Shown here piece by piece: positions 1-13,653 of a DNA stretch of 64,000 nt. Within the stretch, counting starts at the first letter, position 1. Every line of letters starts with the position of its first letter. Under the pieces are notes generated by a model. That model was not told the DNA's origin and ran no database searches. It saw nothing but the letters and a program-made list of their open reading frames with translations. The translations under genes were made by a program, and so were the position numbers. The DNA comes from Flaccisagitta enflata (lineage: Eukaryota), in NCBI GenBank assembly GCA_965153355.1, contig OZ231126.1:45384001-45448000 (forward strand), in the 5' to 3' direction.

Positions 1-204
1 ATACAGACAGACAGTTAGCTAGAATGACAGAATAATAGAATGACAGTCATATAGACAGAAGTAGAGTAAGAAGAAGTCTCCGACCTTTCAGGAAGAGAAA
101 AGAGAGAAGAAAGAGATGAACGGGTGAGCAGAGAGAAAATCACCTGTTTATGGAGTCCAAAGACTTTTATGGCCCCTTGCGGCGAAAAAAGGGCCACAAG
201 AGAG

Positions 205-397
<193 letters not shown>

Positions 398-1758
398 ACT
401 TATCTGCTAATATGGTCATAAACATATCTGCAAGGTTGAGGTGAAACATGTATGAGTGGGCAAAAAAATGCGAAAATGGGATTTGCAGAAAAAAACGAAG
501 TATGAATCGACCTTTTGAACTTACTTCATGTCTGGTCGGTCGTTAGCTTGCGCTCAAGTTAGCTCATGCTTGACTTTCTTCGATGAGACTTGATCGAAAA
601 AGAAAACATTCATAAAGAAGAAAAAAAAGGATGTACAAACATCTGAGTGAAATGCTCGTTATACCATTTGCATTGGCTACCTTGCCGCTAATTTATCATC
701 AGAAAACGACGATATGGCTTCTTATGATCTAATGAGAATAAACAGCCATCTGCAAATATTATAAAAATCACCAGTCTGATTGTAGTTAGTTTTTTCTCTT
801 CTCCTTTTGTATTGCGGCGTACCAACTGTACTTGTGCCATGCATGTTGTATGCTCAACGAAATTTCATGTAATGTAAATAAAAGATAAGCGTAAATAAAA
901 GATAATCATTTCATTCCAAATCTACTCATGTACATTTTTTTGGGACCAAAAATGACCAATATTGAAAGCAGGAGTGAAGAACAAATTAACGACGACCGCA
1001 ATTCATAACATATTCATAACATATTCATAACATATTCTAGATCAGGGTGAAAATCCCTCCGACCACCTGCCAATAGTAATGACGCTTTCAACCAAAGCAA
1101 ATCCACCTCCTCCAACTGAAGGGGAATCCAAGTTCAAAGAATCTTTGAAATGGGAAAAAATTCCTGCTTCCAAGCGAGAACTGTACTCATCGCGGGTAGA
1201 CGAATTACTACGTCACAGACCGCCGCGGAATATGAAATGTCATGTCTCATGTCTCTGTAGTGATGATACGTGTAAAATCGCGATCCAAGAAGAATATGAC
1301 ACGCTATTGTACTGCATGAAGGAGGCTGACAAAATTCTTCCAAGGCACAAGCCCGGTTTAGAGAAGGATTGGTGGACTCACGAGCTTACCTGTCTCAAGA
1401 ATCAATCTATAGACATACAATCTGTCTGGATCGAACAAGGACGTCCTAGTCAAGGCTATGTTCATGATGAAAGATTACGCGTGCGTGCCAACTACAAACG
1501 TTCAATAAGAGCCGCTCAACGTGCTCCACAGCAAGTCGCCTGGGACCGCCTGCACACGTCTTTAGCCTCAAAAGATACAAATTCCTTTTGGAAGTCATGG
1601 AAGTCACTATACAACAAGAATAAGAGTCCTCTTGCTACAGTAGTGAATGGCTGCTCTTCAAAAAATGACATTGCAAATTGTAGTTGATTGAAAGTCATCA
1701 TTACACAGGAAGGTTAAATCGAAAAAAAGTAGACTTTTTTTATGGAGAGTACTGTGTA

Positions 1759-1819
1759 TTTGCATGGAATTTTATGCATGAATTTTCAAACCGATTTTCG
1801 GCTCATCATCAGATGCAAA
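1759..1819 (-). ncRNA. Second copy of hammerhead-like motif in the inverted pLTR
   Basis: Reverse complement of 3508-3568. Confidence 0.68.
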
Positions 1820-3507
1820 GAAATGAAAAACAGAGAAAGAGACAAGAGAATTTAAAGGGAAAGGAATGAATAGAAAGGGATTAAGAGACAGACGAGAGGA
1901 TGACCAAGATTGATCACAAGACCCAGAAGGACAAGGGTTTTCTAGTTTAAAAAGAAAAAAATTGGAAGAAAAAACTGAAAAAGAGTTCACAAACGTTTCA
2001 CTGACACACCAGATACCACACTTAGTCTGGAAGGAAAAATCCAACGTAAGCTTAGAGATCTTCATAAACAAGGCAAGATAGACACTGAAACATATAAGAA
2101 TATATACCCATCTGGCTCAGTTACCCCTACCGCTAACCCAGTCATCAAAGCTCACAAACCCGAAAAGGATTTCCCCATAAGAATCATCATTAGCCACATA
2201 GGAGCCCCTCAAGAACCCCTAGCATCTTTTCTCAACAAAATTCTTATGCCATATGTCGAAAGTAGCAAATACACGTGCAAGAATAGTTTTGAGTTCATCG
2301 AGAAAACACGTAAGATAAAAGTAAGCGCAAATGAGAAAATGATCTCATACGATGCAACAGCCCTCTTTCCATCCATTCCCATACAAGAAGCAATTGATCA
2401 CATCAAATTGCTTCTAGAGAATGACCCGGAGCTTGCATCCCGTACCAAATTATCTCCTAGTGAGATTGCCGAGCTCATATCTCTTTGCGTTTCTACATCA
2501 CAAACATCACCATCAAGCCCAGCTCATGTCAACAACCATCGACATCCATTGCCACCTTCAAGGCTGAGCTTTGCAGAGCCCACCGCATATGCTCCACACC
2601 TGAGCTCCTCAAAAATGAAATCAACTTCATCATTAATCTTTTTGAGGATAACGGACATGAAAGAACCGAATTGGAAGAGATTGCCTCTACTTACCAGCCT
2701 CCACCATTGAAAAAAAGGTCCAAGAACAAAAAGAGACAATCTAAGAACGATCAAAGTGAAACCAATTCCGACATACCTGAGAACCTGTTTGACATCCTCC
2801 CATTCCGTGACTGTGACCTTACTGATGATACGGAGAAAAAACCATATGCCCGTATCCCGTATATGCCAGGGCCAGTTTTCCATCAAATCAAACGGACCCT
2901 CAAAAAATATGGCATCACCACCTGTGCCACTTCAGGCCGCAAACTCGGGAGTGTTCTCTGTGCGAAAAACAAAACACGGCCACCACCGACCCACTTCAAA
3001 GGGATCTATTTACTTAAATGCACCTGTGACGACAAGGCAGTGTACGTTGGCCAGACGATACGATCTATCTGCCAACGATGCCAAGAGCATAAAAAAGCGG
3101 CGGAAAAAGAGAATTGGGCCCACTCAGGAATCTCTCAACACAAACAGACCTGTAAAGCTCCGGTCGATTGGGAAAATCCCACAGTTTTGGCCACCATGAG
3201 TGGGAAAAACAAGAGACGATTAGCATACGACCTCAAAGTACGAGAGGCATTGGAAATCAGGAGACATAATTGCGGTCCAGGATCGGGACTCAATGAAGAT
3301 ATGGGCGCCTACGTGAAAACATCTCAATGGGACCCTGTCTTCAGAAAAATGGCAGTGACATAGCGGCCTTGGATTGGGGCCAGGGGGGGACCACCCAATT
3401 CTGGGTCTTGTGATCAATCTTGGTCATCCTCTCGTCTGTCTCTTAATCCCTTTCTATTCATTCCTTTCCCTTTAAATTCTCTTGTCTCTCTCTCTGTTTT
3501 TCATTTC

Positions 3508-3568
3508 TTTGCATCTGATGATGAGCCGAAAATCGGTTTGAAAATTCATGCATAAAATTCCATGCAAA
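3508..3568 (+). ncRNA. Hammerhead ribozyme-like motif (type I) in Penelope pLTR
   Basis: tttgcat-CTGATGA-t-gagccga(aaa)tcggttt-GAAA-attcatgcataaaattcc-atgcaaa: conserved core, stem II, stem I (tttgcat/atgcaaa) and a palindromic atgcat in stem III. The cleavage-site register is imperfect by one base. Confidence 0.7.
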
Positions 3569-4340
3569 TACACAGTACTCTCCATAAAAAAAGTCTACTT
3601 TTTTTCGACATTGCAAATGTTTTCAAAGAGAGTTTTCAGAGAAATTGCACTCCTAACAATGAGGATAAGGTGAATGAACTGAAAAATAAGTTTTCTTCTG
3701 CTTACGAGGCTTACAAGATGGAGCATAGTTCATCCTGCGACTGCAATTCTTACAAAATATCGTTGCCAACCGTCATTGACTCACTTTGTGCCATGAAAAG
3801 TGGCAAATGCGCCGATGAAGATGGCATATCTGCCGAGCACTTCATGAATGCCCCTCTCTCCTTGCTCAATAGACTGACTCGATTATTCAACAACATGCTC
3901 AAGCATGCCCATGTCCCGAGACAGTTTCAACTAGGTTGCATGGTTCCAATCATAAAAGATCACCAAGGAAACCATGCCGATGTCTCTAACTACCGCGGCA
4001 TCACCATTTCCGCCATTGCTTCCAAACTTCTTGAACACGTGCTTAAGATAGTATTTCTGGCGGTCTTAAAAACATCAGAACATCAATTCGGGTTCAAAAG
4101 AAACAGCTCAACCACTCATGCGTTGCACTGTTTAAAGCAAACGATCAACTATTACGTCAATAATGGAAGCAGAGTTTTCTCCTGTTTTCTTGATGCCTCC
4201 AAGGCGTTTGACAGAGTTGTCCACGCTGGCCTCTTTCTCAAACTCATCCAACGGAAAGTCCCATTGATATTTTTGGCTCTCATCATCTCATGGTATGGCA
4301 GTCTCCTTTGTCAAGTAAAATGGGGAGACAGTTACAGTGA

Positions 4341-4617
4341 CATCAGTTCATAATGAGACCGCTGCAAGAGCTTAAATGAAGGAGCTACCCACAACAGTCA
4401 GGAAAATTTTTAGTTGCAACAATGTTCGATTTTTAAGTTGAAGAAAAAATAGAAAAACTTCAAGATTGATTTTCCCGTCTGCTTTTGGCTTTGGCATTCT
4501 TATTTCCGCGAAGCGCCCGTGGTAACTGTTTTAATTCTCTCAAAAATGAGTAAGACGTCAATATTTTGGAGGGAAAAAAGAGGGCCTATAACGCGCCGAT
4601 TAGAATCATCTCCAATG
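4341..4617. other. 277-bp insertion of unknown origin in the LINE RT
   Basis: Removal restores WGDSYSD-WFLVTAGVRQGG exactly in frame. No TSD; boundaries are ambiguous by 1 nt. Confidence 0.75.
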
Positions 4618-5644
4618 TTGGTTTCTTGTCACCGCCGGCGTCAGACAAGGTGGTGTGCTGTCACCGGATTTTTATTCAATCTATGTCGACGACCTGATCA
4701 AGGAACTTAAACAATTAGGCATTGGCTGTTACTACATCTCGATTTTTGCCGCCGCTCTCTTCTACGCCGATGACATGGCCATTTTGGCACCATCCATCAA
4801 AGGTCTCAAATGGCTCTTGGCAGTATGCAATGAATACTGCATAGAGTGGGATGTGTGTTTGAATGCAAAAAAGAGCAAAATTGTTCCTTTTGGCAAAAAA
4901 CTGGATATGGCTCAGGATGTCATACTCGACGGAAAAAAGATAGAAATGGTGAAGGAATGGGTCTATCTTGGCGTGACCCTGAAAAGTGATGTCGTCTTCA
5001 ACTGCTCTGTGACTGACAGAATAAAAAAATTCTATCGATGTGCCAACGCCATATTTCGAATCGACGGCCATTCCAATGACACGGTTATGCTTCATCTCAT
5101 CGAAACTCATTGCGTCCCGTTGTTGACATATGGCATAGAAGTCGTCCATATCAAAAATCGCGACGAAAGACGACAGCTAAGAGTTGCCTATAACTCTGTA
5201 TTTCGCAAAATCTTTGGTTATCGATGGAGTGAATCGGTGACTGCATTACAAGGATTTCTAGGCCGGCCCACGTGGGAGCAGTTGGTTGAAAAGAGGCAAT
5301 CTGGCTTTCTGGCAAGAGTTGTCAATCATCACTTGGCCAACGCATTGTTACACGCATGATTCTGCTTTCTAAAGCATATTCTTACTTCTAGTGGAGCGTC
5401 GACCACTCTAAAAACGCAACGATTATCATTTCCATTTTTTTACTTCTAGTGGAGCGTCGACCACTCTAAAAACGCATTGATTATCATTTCCATTTTTTTT
5501 TCTCTCCATGTGTAACGCGCATTCATACGGAATATGTTTCGCCTGATTATGTTTTGCTATTTATGTTTGATACTGTGTTCTGGTAGTTCTTAGTCAATTG
5601 TTGTACGGCTACACTTAATGTGTGAATATAAACCAATCATAATA

Positions 5645-5821
5645 CAGTTGAACCCCGCTCTAACGGATTTCAGGGGACCAATAGTTTTCTTCGGTTATAG
5701 GCGGACTTCTGTTATTGCCAACAAAGGAAATGAAAGAAATCAACTTGAAGAAACCATAAATTTGAGTCTGTTATAGGCGAAATTCCGTTGGTGGCGGGTC
5801 CGTTAGAGCGGGGTTCAACTG
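5645..5821. mobile_element. Tc1/mariner(pogo)-type MITE
   Basis: TIR cagttgaaccccgctctaacgga / tccgttagagcggggttcaactg, flanked by TA on both sides. Confidence 0.9.
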
Positions 5822-6206
5822 TAGTTGAGAGCCCTCTGAGGAGCCAAGAGCGAGATTGAGAAAGATATCATGACAAGTGCACTTGATGTTCGTCCAGAGA
5901 GACTTTAACCGCGGCCCCGCAAATGTGGTTCAGGTGGATTTGATGATAACCTGGGCCGGACGAATCCACCTTGAATCCGAAAAGCGCCAACCGAGATGAA
6001 ATTGATCGGAAATGGCCTTAAAGGACGGCGCACGTGGTCGATACGAATGAATGGCCGGTAAGTCAGGAAATGGCCGGTGAATCGGCGAAATGGCCGGTAG
6101 CCAGGAATGGCCGGAGGTAAATGGCCGGTGTGACAATCTTGGCCGGCGCACGACAACCGTTAGACCGAGACCTCTTCTTTTTCCTCCATTTTTCTTTCTT
6201 CCTCAT

Positions 6207-6282
<76 letters not shown>

Positions 6283-6455
6283 TTTTTCTTTCTTTCTTTC
6301 TTTCTTTCTTTCTTTTTTCTTTTTTTTTCTTCTTTTGGCTTTCTTATCAATTTGTATTTCTCTTTGTCGGTGTTTTTTCCTCTTTTCTTGTACTCATCAA
6401 CTTGAAGTTCCTCTCAGTTTCTACTTACCTTCCTTCTTCCTTCCTTCCTTCATTC

Positions 6456-6534
<79 letters not shown>

Positions 6535-6671
6535 TTTTTCTTTTTAGTCGTTCTTTTAGCGTCAGTGTATCTACTTCCTGTTCCGTTTTATCTCAGGTGA
6601 TTTCCGGTTGGTCGGTTTGCCTAACCTCAGAGCCGAAATTAGCCCCGAAGGCCTATCTCTCAACCGGCTGA

Positions 6672-6768
<97 letters not shown>

Positions 6769-7288
6769 GGTAACATAACCTTTAACCTGGGGCACGGGTA
6801 TCTTCCCTCCGCGGATCACCTTCCACTCGTTCTTTTGCGCCTTCTGGAAATTCTCCATAATTCGACATTTCCGCATCACGGCTACGCCATTGCTTTGTCT
6901 ATTTTCTTTCGGCTTGCTCTGACTTCCATTTTCTTTTTCGTTCTTCCTTTGTTTGGCACAAACATTTGCATTAGCCTGCATGCTTCCTTTGATTGTGCAT
7001 CCATCCTTAATTCTGTTTTGTCCATTCTGTGTGTCATTTTCAATACCGAATCGCAACATTTCTTTCTATCGGTTGGAGTAAGATAACGTCTCTTTAATAC
7101 GATTGAGCCATGTGAGTCACGATGTTTAAATTAGTTCAGTCTGCGCAAGTAGTAAAGGAAGTAAGGTTAGCACATATTTAGTTTTAGTTGGGTTAAGTCT
7201 TGATTCTACGTAATCGCACATGGGATAACCAGCATGCATTATTCTCATAAGGCGCACCTCCGTCTTGATCTTTATTTCTCAATAGGGA

Positions 7289-7364
<76 letters not shown>

Positions 7365-7523
7365 CTGTAATTTTCAGTCTTAATCTCTCCAAGGGGCAAC
7401 ATGTGAACCTGGTGATCCGCCCCTGGCGCCAAACCCCTTCCGACCTCGAGCATGGAGAATGCCACAACTCGCACCCAGATACGATGCTGCGTTATGATTT
7501 CGTCGTGCTTTGTTCCCTGGCCG

Positions 7524-7624
<101 letters not shown>

Positions 7625-7660
7625 TGACCACAGAGCCATATTGGAATCATTTTAATGCTA

Positions 7661-7815
7661 CCCTGTCTTCAAAAGCAACTGATACCAGCAAAAGATGTAT
7701 TGCGTGAAAACAATTCATTTTTCAAAATTCGTTTTTTTTTCTATCTGAAAGCATAATTACTGCGTTTTTTTTCCATGCAAAATTTTGCAGGTATCAGTTG
7801 CTTTTGAAGACAGGG
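7661..7815. mobile_element. Tc1/mariner-type MITE
   Basis: TIR ccctgtcttcaaaagcaactgatacc / ggtatcagttgcttttgaagacaggg, with TA TSD. Confidence 0.9.
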
Positions 7816-8707
7816 TACTTTCTTTACGTTCATAGTCAAAGGATCCCAAGTTTTAAGGCGGCCTGAATACCGCGTCATTCTGTATTTGTGAATTGCGTTG
7901 AGCAATTCACTTTAACATCACCTGGTGTTTCATTTTTTTTTCTTTTTTTTCTTTTTTTTCTTTTTTATCTTTTTTCTTCCGCTAAATAGGTTTTGTTTCA
8001 CTTGCCGTCTTTCCCCCATATGGGTTTTGTTTCATTTTTGCCGTCTTTCCCTTATGTTGCTAAATAGGTTGCCGTCTTTCCCTTTTATTGCTAAATAGGT
8101 TATGTTTCACTTGCTGTCTTTCCCTATAAGAGCTTTGTTTCATTTTTGCCGTCTTTCCCTTATATTGGTCTTGTTTCACATGCCATTCTAATATTTCCAT
8201 TGAACATGTTGTCAATTGCACCTGCAATTCACATGTTTGGCGACAGCCACTGGTTATTGTTGCTTGTGAGAGCGATTTCAATGCATCTTCCATATCCTGC
8301 AGTTCTGTTGCTGTTAGAGCAACGACTTATGAGTTATGAAGCCAACACGGATATTATCTCATTGCAATTTCAAGGTACTCTCTTCCCCTTTCACCCTTGC
8401 TTATAGTATCTAAACAACACTAACGGTAACAAGTGTCGCGGGGTCATAATTTCAATGCGGACGGGTCACCATTGACCAGTTGGTACGCATTTTACTTTTC
8501 TTTGGCCTCACTGCTCCTGCCCAAATGCTCTGGTGACTCAAATACTGCCTCTGACCAACCGCACATGACTGGGCTAGCGGTGTATCCGGCCTTGCTGCAA
8601 AATCAATCTAGGCCGTCCAAACTTTACAATTAGAATTTGATAAAAACAAGGCCAATACCTATAAGTCGCGTGCTAAACTTACATAATTACCTGATTATAT
8701 AATCGGG

Positions 8708-9545
8708 AAAAAAGTTGAAGTCAGTCTTCGACTTTTTGACATATTCGAGAGAAACAGGGTTTTCATTTTCTTATGGGAAGTTGCGGGTCTCTTCCGGCTG
8801 ATTGCACCCTCGGACGAAATTGAAAGGGTAAGTAAATTTGATAATTCTCTTTCATTTGGCGTCAAGCAGAATGCTCTACAACAAATATTTTTCGGGCTAT
8901 GAATTTTTAAAGATTTATTTACGAAAATTGTGAATTGAATTTTTTTTTATTTTTTATGATTTTCAGTAGGATCAAAAAAGGAGTGTATCTATGTTTGTTT
9001 GAGCGTGCAAATACAACAAAACATGTTTATGAACATTGCTGCTCATCTGTGAGGAGAATTCTAGCTCATTTAGATCATTTAGCTCAGTTTCTTTGTTTTT
9101 TATTCAAATGTGATAAATGAATAGATATTTTGATACATGTTTAAGAAAGTAGATACAAAAAGCATATCAGTGAGCATAACTGCTCATCTGTGAGGGTGTT
9201 TTTAAGCATTTTAGCTCACTTAGCTCATTTAGCTCAGTCTTTTTTTTTCTGATTTTTAATGGGATAAATAAGTGTTTTGATGGGAGCATGTAAATACAAG
9301 AAAGCATGTCAGTGAGCATAGCCGATTGTCTGGTTGAGCGATTTTGAGCATTTTAGCTCATCTAGCTCATTTGGCTCAGTCCTTTTTTTCTCTGATTTTC
9401 AGTGCAATCAAAACATACAATTGCTCTTGATTTGATCTAATCAAAAAAAAGATTTGCAGTGACTAAAGATAAAAGCTTGGTGACCAACGCTTACGACTTT
9501 TTTCCTCACGGCGACAGCCGCCATTACAATATATAACCACATAAT
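8708..9545 (+). repeat. Diverged dispersed copy of the internal arm sequence of the 17941-24088 element
   Basis: aaaaaagttgaagtcagt...gggtaagtaaatttgataattct...ttagctcatttagctc is collinear with ~18517-19360. Confidence 0.75.
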
Positions 9546-11800
9546 CAAAATGATTTACATTGAATTCAATTGACTTAGGATGACTTAAAATGATTAAAAA
9601 TGATTTAGTATGACAAATTTGACTTGATCTGACCTAAAATGAGTAAAATGACTTGAGTGACTAAAATGACTTAAATTGACTCAAAATGACTCTAGATGAC
9701 TTAAATTGACCAAGAATGACTTAAATTGACTTTAAATGACTTAAATTAACTTAAATTGACCTAAAATCAGTAAAATAGTTAATATAAATGAAATGACTCA
9801 ACTGACTTTAATTGACTTGAAATGACTTAATAAGACCTGCATTAATAAGACCTAAGATGACTTTTAATGATCTTGCTTGACTAAAAATGACCTGATTGAC
9901 TGAAAATCAGTTAGTAGGAATAAAATGAAAAAGAAAAGTAAAAAGGGACCGACCTACTGATCAACCGACCAACCGACCGACCAACGGATGGACAAAGCAG
10001 GGTGTATTGTCAAATAGAAAAAAGCGGGGTGTATTGTCAAATTTTCTGATAATCTGCGTGGCCACTACAGTCAACCTCATAGCTGATTCTGCCAATCCAC
10101 AGTCGACTTTCTTTTTTGCGGCTGACAATAATTGCCAGGGCCCGACAAAATTATCAGCTGCCTACAAGCAACATTATTTCAACAACTCCTGCCTACAAAA
10201 TATTTGTTTAAATCTCCATGTAGGGATATCTTAGAAATATTAAAAAATGAATTAAAAAACATTTTTAGTCGCGTGCACGGGACTCTATACCCCGCTTTGT
10301 CCGTCCGTCGGTCGGTTGGTCGGTTGGTCGGTTGGTCGGTTGGTCCCCATTTTACTTTTTTTATTTGTTTTATTCCTATCAAGTCATTTTAAGTCAATTA
10401 AGTGATTTAGAGTCAAATTAGATCATTTTAAGTCATTTTAAGTCATTTTAAGTCACTTTAAGTCAAATTAAGTCATATGAGTCATTATTGAATTTAAGTC
10501 AATTTAAGTCAATCTAGGTCATTTTAAGTCATTTTAAGTAAATTCAAGTCAATTTAAGTCAGTTTAACTCAGTATAAGTCAATTTAAGGCAGTATAAGTC
10601 AATTTAAGTCATTTTATGTCATTTTTGAATTTTAGTTTTGTTAAGTCAATTTAAGTCATTTTTTACATAATGATAGGTCATTATGCAATTATAGGTAATT
10701 ATAAGTAATCATAGGTCATTATGCAATTATAGGTAATCATAGGTCATTATAGGTAATTATAGGTAATCACAGGTGATTAAAGGTAATTTTAGGTCATTAT
10801 GTAATTATAGGTAATTATAGGTCATTATAGGTAACTATAGGCAATTATAGGTCATTATCCAACTATAGGTCTTTATTGGTAATCATAGGTCATCATGTAA
10901 TTATAGGTAACTATAGGTAATCATAGATAATTCTAGGTCATTATAGGTAATTGTAGGTCATTATAGGTAATTATAGGTTATTTTGTAATTATAGGTAATA
11001 TATAGGTAATCATAGGTCTTTATAGGTAATTGTAGGTCATTATGGAGTTAAAGGTAATTAAAGGTAATCATAGGTAATCATAGGTCATTATAGGTCATTA
11101 TGCTATTATAGGTAATCATAGGTCATTATAGGTAATTATAGGTCATTATGTAATTATAGGTAATTATAGGTCATTATAGGTCATTTTAGGTAATTACAGG
11201 TAATTTTGGCATACTATGCAATTATAGGTCATTATCGGTAATTGTAGGTCATTATGTAATTATAGGCAATTATAGGTAATTATAGGTCATTATATAGTTA
11301 TAGGTCATCATAGGTAATTAAAGGTAATTATAGGTAATTATAGGTCATTATGAAATTATAGGTAATTTCAGGTAATCAAAGGTCATTAAAGGTAATTATA
11401 GGTCATTATGTAATTATAGGTAATTTAAACTATTTATAGGTAATCATAGGTCATTATAGGTAATTATAGGTCAATAGACAATTAAAGGTAATTACAGGTA
11501 ATTATAGGTCATTATGCAATTTTAGGTAATTATAGGTAATCATAGGTCATTATAGGCAATTATCGGTCATTATGTAATCATAGGTGATTACAGCCTACAG
11601 GTAATTACAGGTAATTCCTATTATTTTATAAGTAATTATAGGTCATTCTAGGTTTAGGTAATCATAGGTTATTATAGGTAATTATAGGTCATGTAATTAT
11701 GAGTAATTATGTGATTATAGGTAATTAAAGGTCATTTTTTGTTAATATAGGTGATTATGTAATTTTAAGTAATCATAGCTACTTACAGGCAATTATAGTC
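9545..11800. repeat. Short-period tandem arrays: ~10-bp aatgacttaa (9545-9910), its reverse complement (10380-10660), and 9-bp ttataggta/ttataggtc (10670-11800)
   Basis: Degenerate tandem units visible directly; they lie inside DINE/HINE-like elements. Confidence 0.9.
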
Positions 11801-11902
11801 ATTATTGTCATTACAGGAAATAATGTACTTATATAATTAGGCGATTCTGTAATTAAGTAATTATATATGCCTCGCACGCGACTTATAGGTGTTGGCCTTG
11901 TT
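10262..11902 (+). mobile_element. Helentron-associated (HINE/DINE-1-like) non-autonomous element, family A, with expanded internal satellite
   Basis: 5' ttttagtcgcgtgcacgggactctata followed by a (gtcg/gttg) microsatellite; 3' gcacgcgact...ggccttgtt; no TSD, T-rich site. Related copies at ~13655-14820, 23490-23612, 31566-31712(-), 42825, 47305 and 49695-49877. Confidence 0.6.
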
Positions 11903-12298
11903 TGTAGTAACAGGACAGTGTATGTGTGTATTTTTTTTTAGTAAATAGTGGATTTATTATTTTCAAATAAAATGAATGCTTTTGAAGGCATATCCAAATC
12001 TATAATTTTTTGTTTTTTTATATATTGTTTCTGTTTTCCTGCCTACAAAATCTGCTAGCTGCCTACAAGCATTGCTTGCGTGCTTGGGCACTTTGTCATA
12101 CCCTGCCACTCACTCCACTCACTCGCTCCGCAGCACTCCACTTGCTGAGCTTGCTTTGCTTGCTCCCTCCGCTCACGGGCTCGCTCACTCACTTTGCTCA
12201 CTTTCTCTTGTGGAATGACAGTTGGAATTCTTGAATGTATGTGTTCACGCTGAAAAAACGCGTTCATCAGGAATAAACGTGTTGTTTGTCTTCACTAG

Positions 12299-12999
<701 letters not shown>

Positions 13000-13063
13000 G
13001 TAATTTGATGTATCTCTGGTAGGAAAAGAGGATCGGGAACTTTCTCTCTCTTTTTAATATGCT

Positions 13064-13653
13064 TTTTGGGCAGCGGCCCCGAAGGGGACGAAGTCCTGTA
13101 GAACACAGGGGGACTTTCGTTCGTCCGTTCGTTAGTTCGTGCGTCCGTCCCCCTCCTTGGCCTCAATTTTGATCTCCCTGGCCTGATTTTGGCCTGATTT
13201 TGGCCTGATTTGGGCCCTCTGGGCCATCAGAATAGGCTGTATAGCCCTTTCAGACCTCAATTTAGCCCTTGAGACCTTAAATCAGCTCTCCATACCTCAT
13301 ATCTGCCCTCCAGACCTCAAATTAGCCCTCCATACCCCAAATCCACCCTCAAGGCCTCAAATCAGCTCTTTAGGCCTCAAATTTGTCCTCTGGGCCTCAA
13401 GCCTGCCCCTCAAACCTCAAATCTACTCTTTAAAACCTAATTCTGCCCTCCAGGCTTCAAACCCGCCTTTAATGACCTCTATCCATCTTCTCAGACCTAA
13501 TATGCCCCAGGACGTCTTGAAATTCCCCCCTGTGTCCTACAGGACATCGGCCCTTTGGGGCCGCTGCCCTGCTCTCTCTCCACTACTTCACTTGATCACT
13601 CCAAGCAGGGCATCGGGTACCGCTGACCATGTGTGATCCTTGGATGACTAGTT
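13064..13653 (+). mobile_element. Interspersed element family B (subterminal inverted repeats + 3' hairpin; Helentron/HINE-like or SINE-like)
   Basis: gggcagcggccccgaaggggacgaagtcctgtagaacacagggg at the 5' end is mirrored by ccctgtgtcctacaggac...ggggccgctgccc, followed by a gccctgct/agcagggc stem. The middle is made of ~21-bp repeats. Other copies at 17052-17515, 55497-55984(-), 60100-60470, 61740-62100 and 62200-62828. Confidence 0.6.

Larger units (their letters stand above)
1679..3606 (+). mobile_element. Penelope-like retroelement (partial RT + GIY-YIG endonuclease) with inverted pLTRs, internally deleted
   Basis: RT motifs VIKAHKPEKDFPIRIII and SYDATALFPSIP; GIY-YIG KGIYLLKC..VYVGQT..REALEI in ORF 2485-3363. 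A 208-bp inverted repeat spans 1721-1928 / 3399-3606. 12-bp TSD gacattgcaaat at 1667-1678 and 3607-3618. The RT catalytic core is missing at a junction near 2500. Confidence 0.95.
1001..5642 (+). mobile_element. 5'-truncated non-LTR retrotransposon (LINE, APE-RT ORF2), interrupted by two insertions
   Basis: Just upstream of ORF 1079 the frame reads ILDQGENPSDHLPIV (C-terminal SDH motif of APE endonuclease). RT motifs: NYRGIT, QFGF, FLDASKAFDRV, GVRQGGVLSP, YADD, YLGV. Segments 1079-1678, 3619-4340 and 4618-5359 join in frame once the two insertions are removed. 3' UTR runs to ~5642. Confidence 0.93.

Noticed and set aside
631-732. Short hydrophobic frame and an LHWLP motif as an ABCC 5' exon or LINE remnant
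   Set aside because: Too short, interrupted by stops, and no convincing splice sites.
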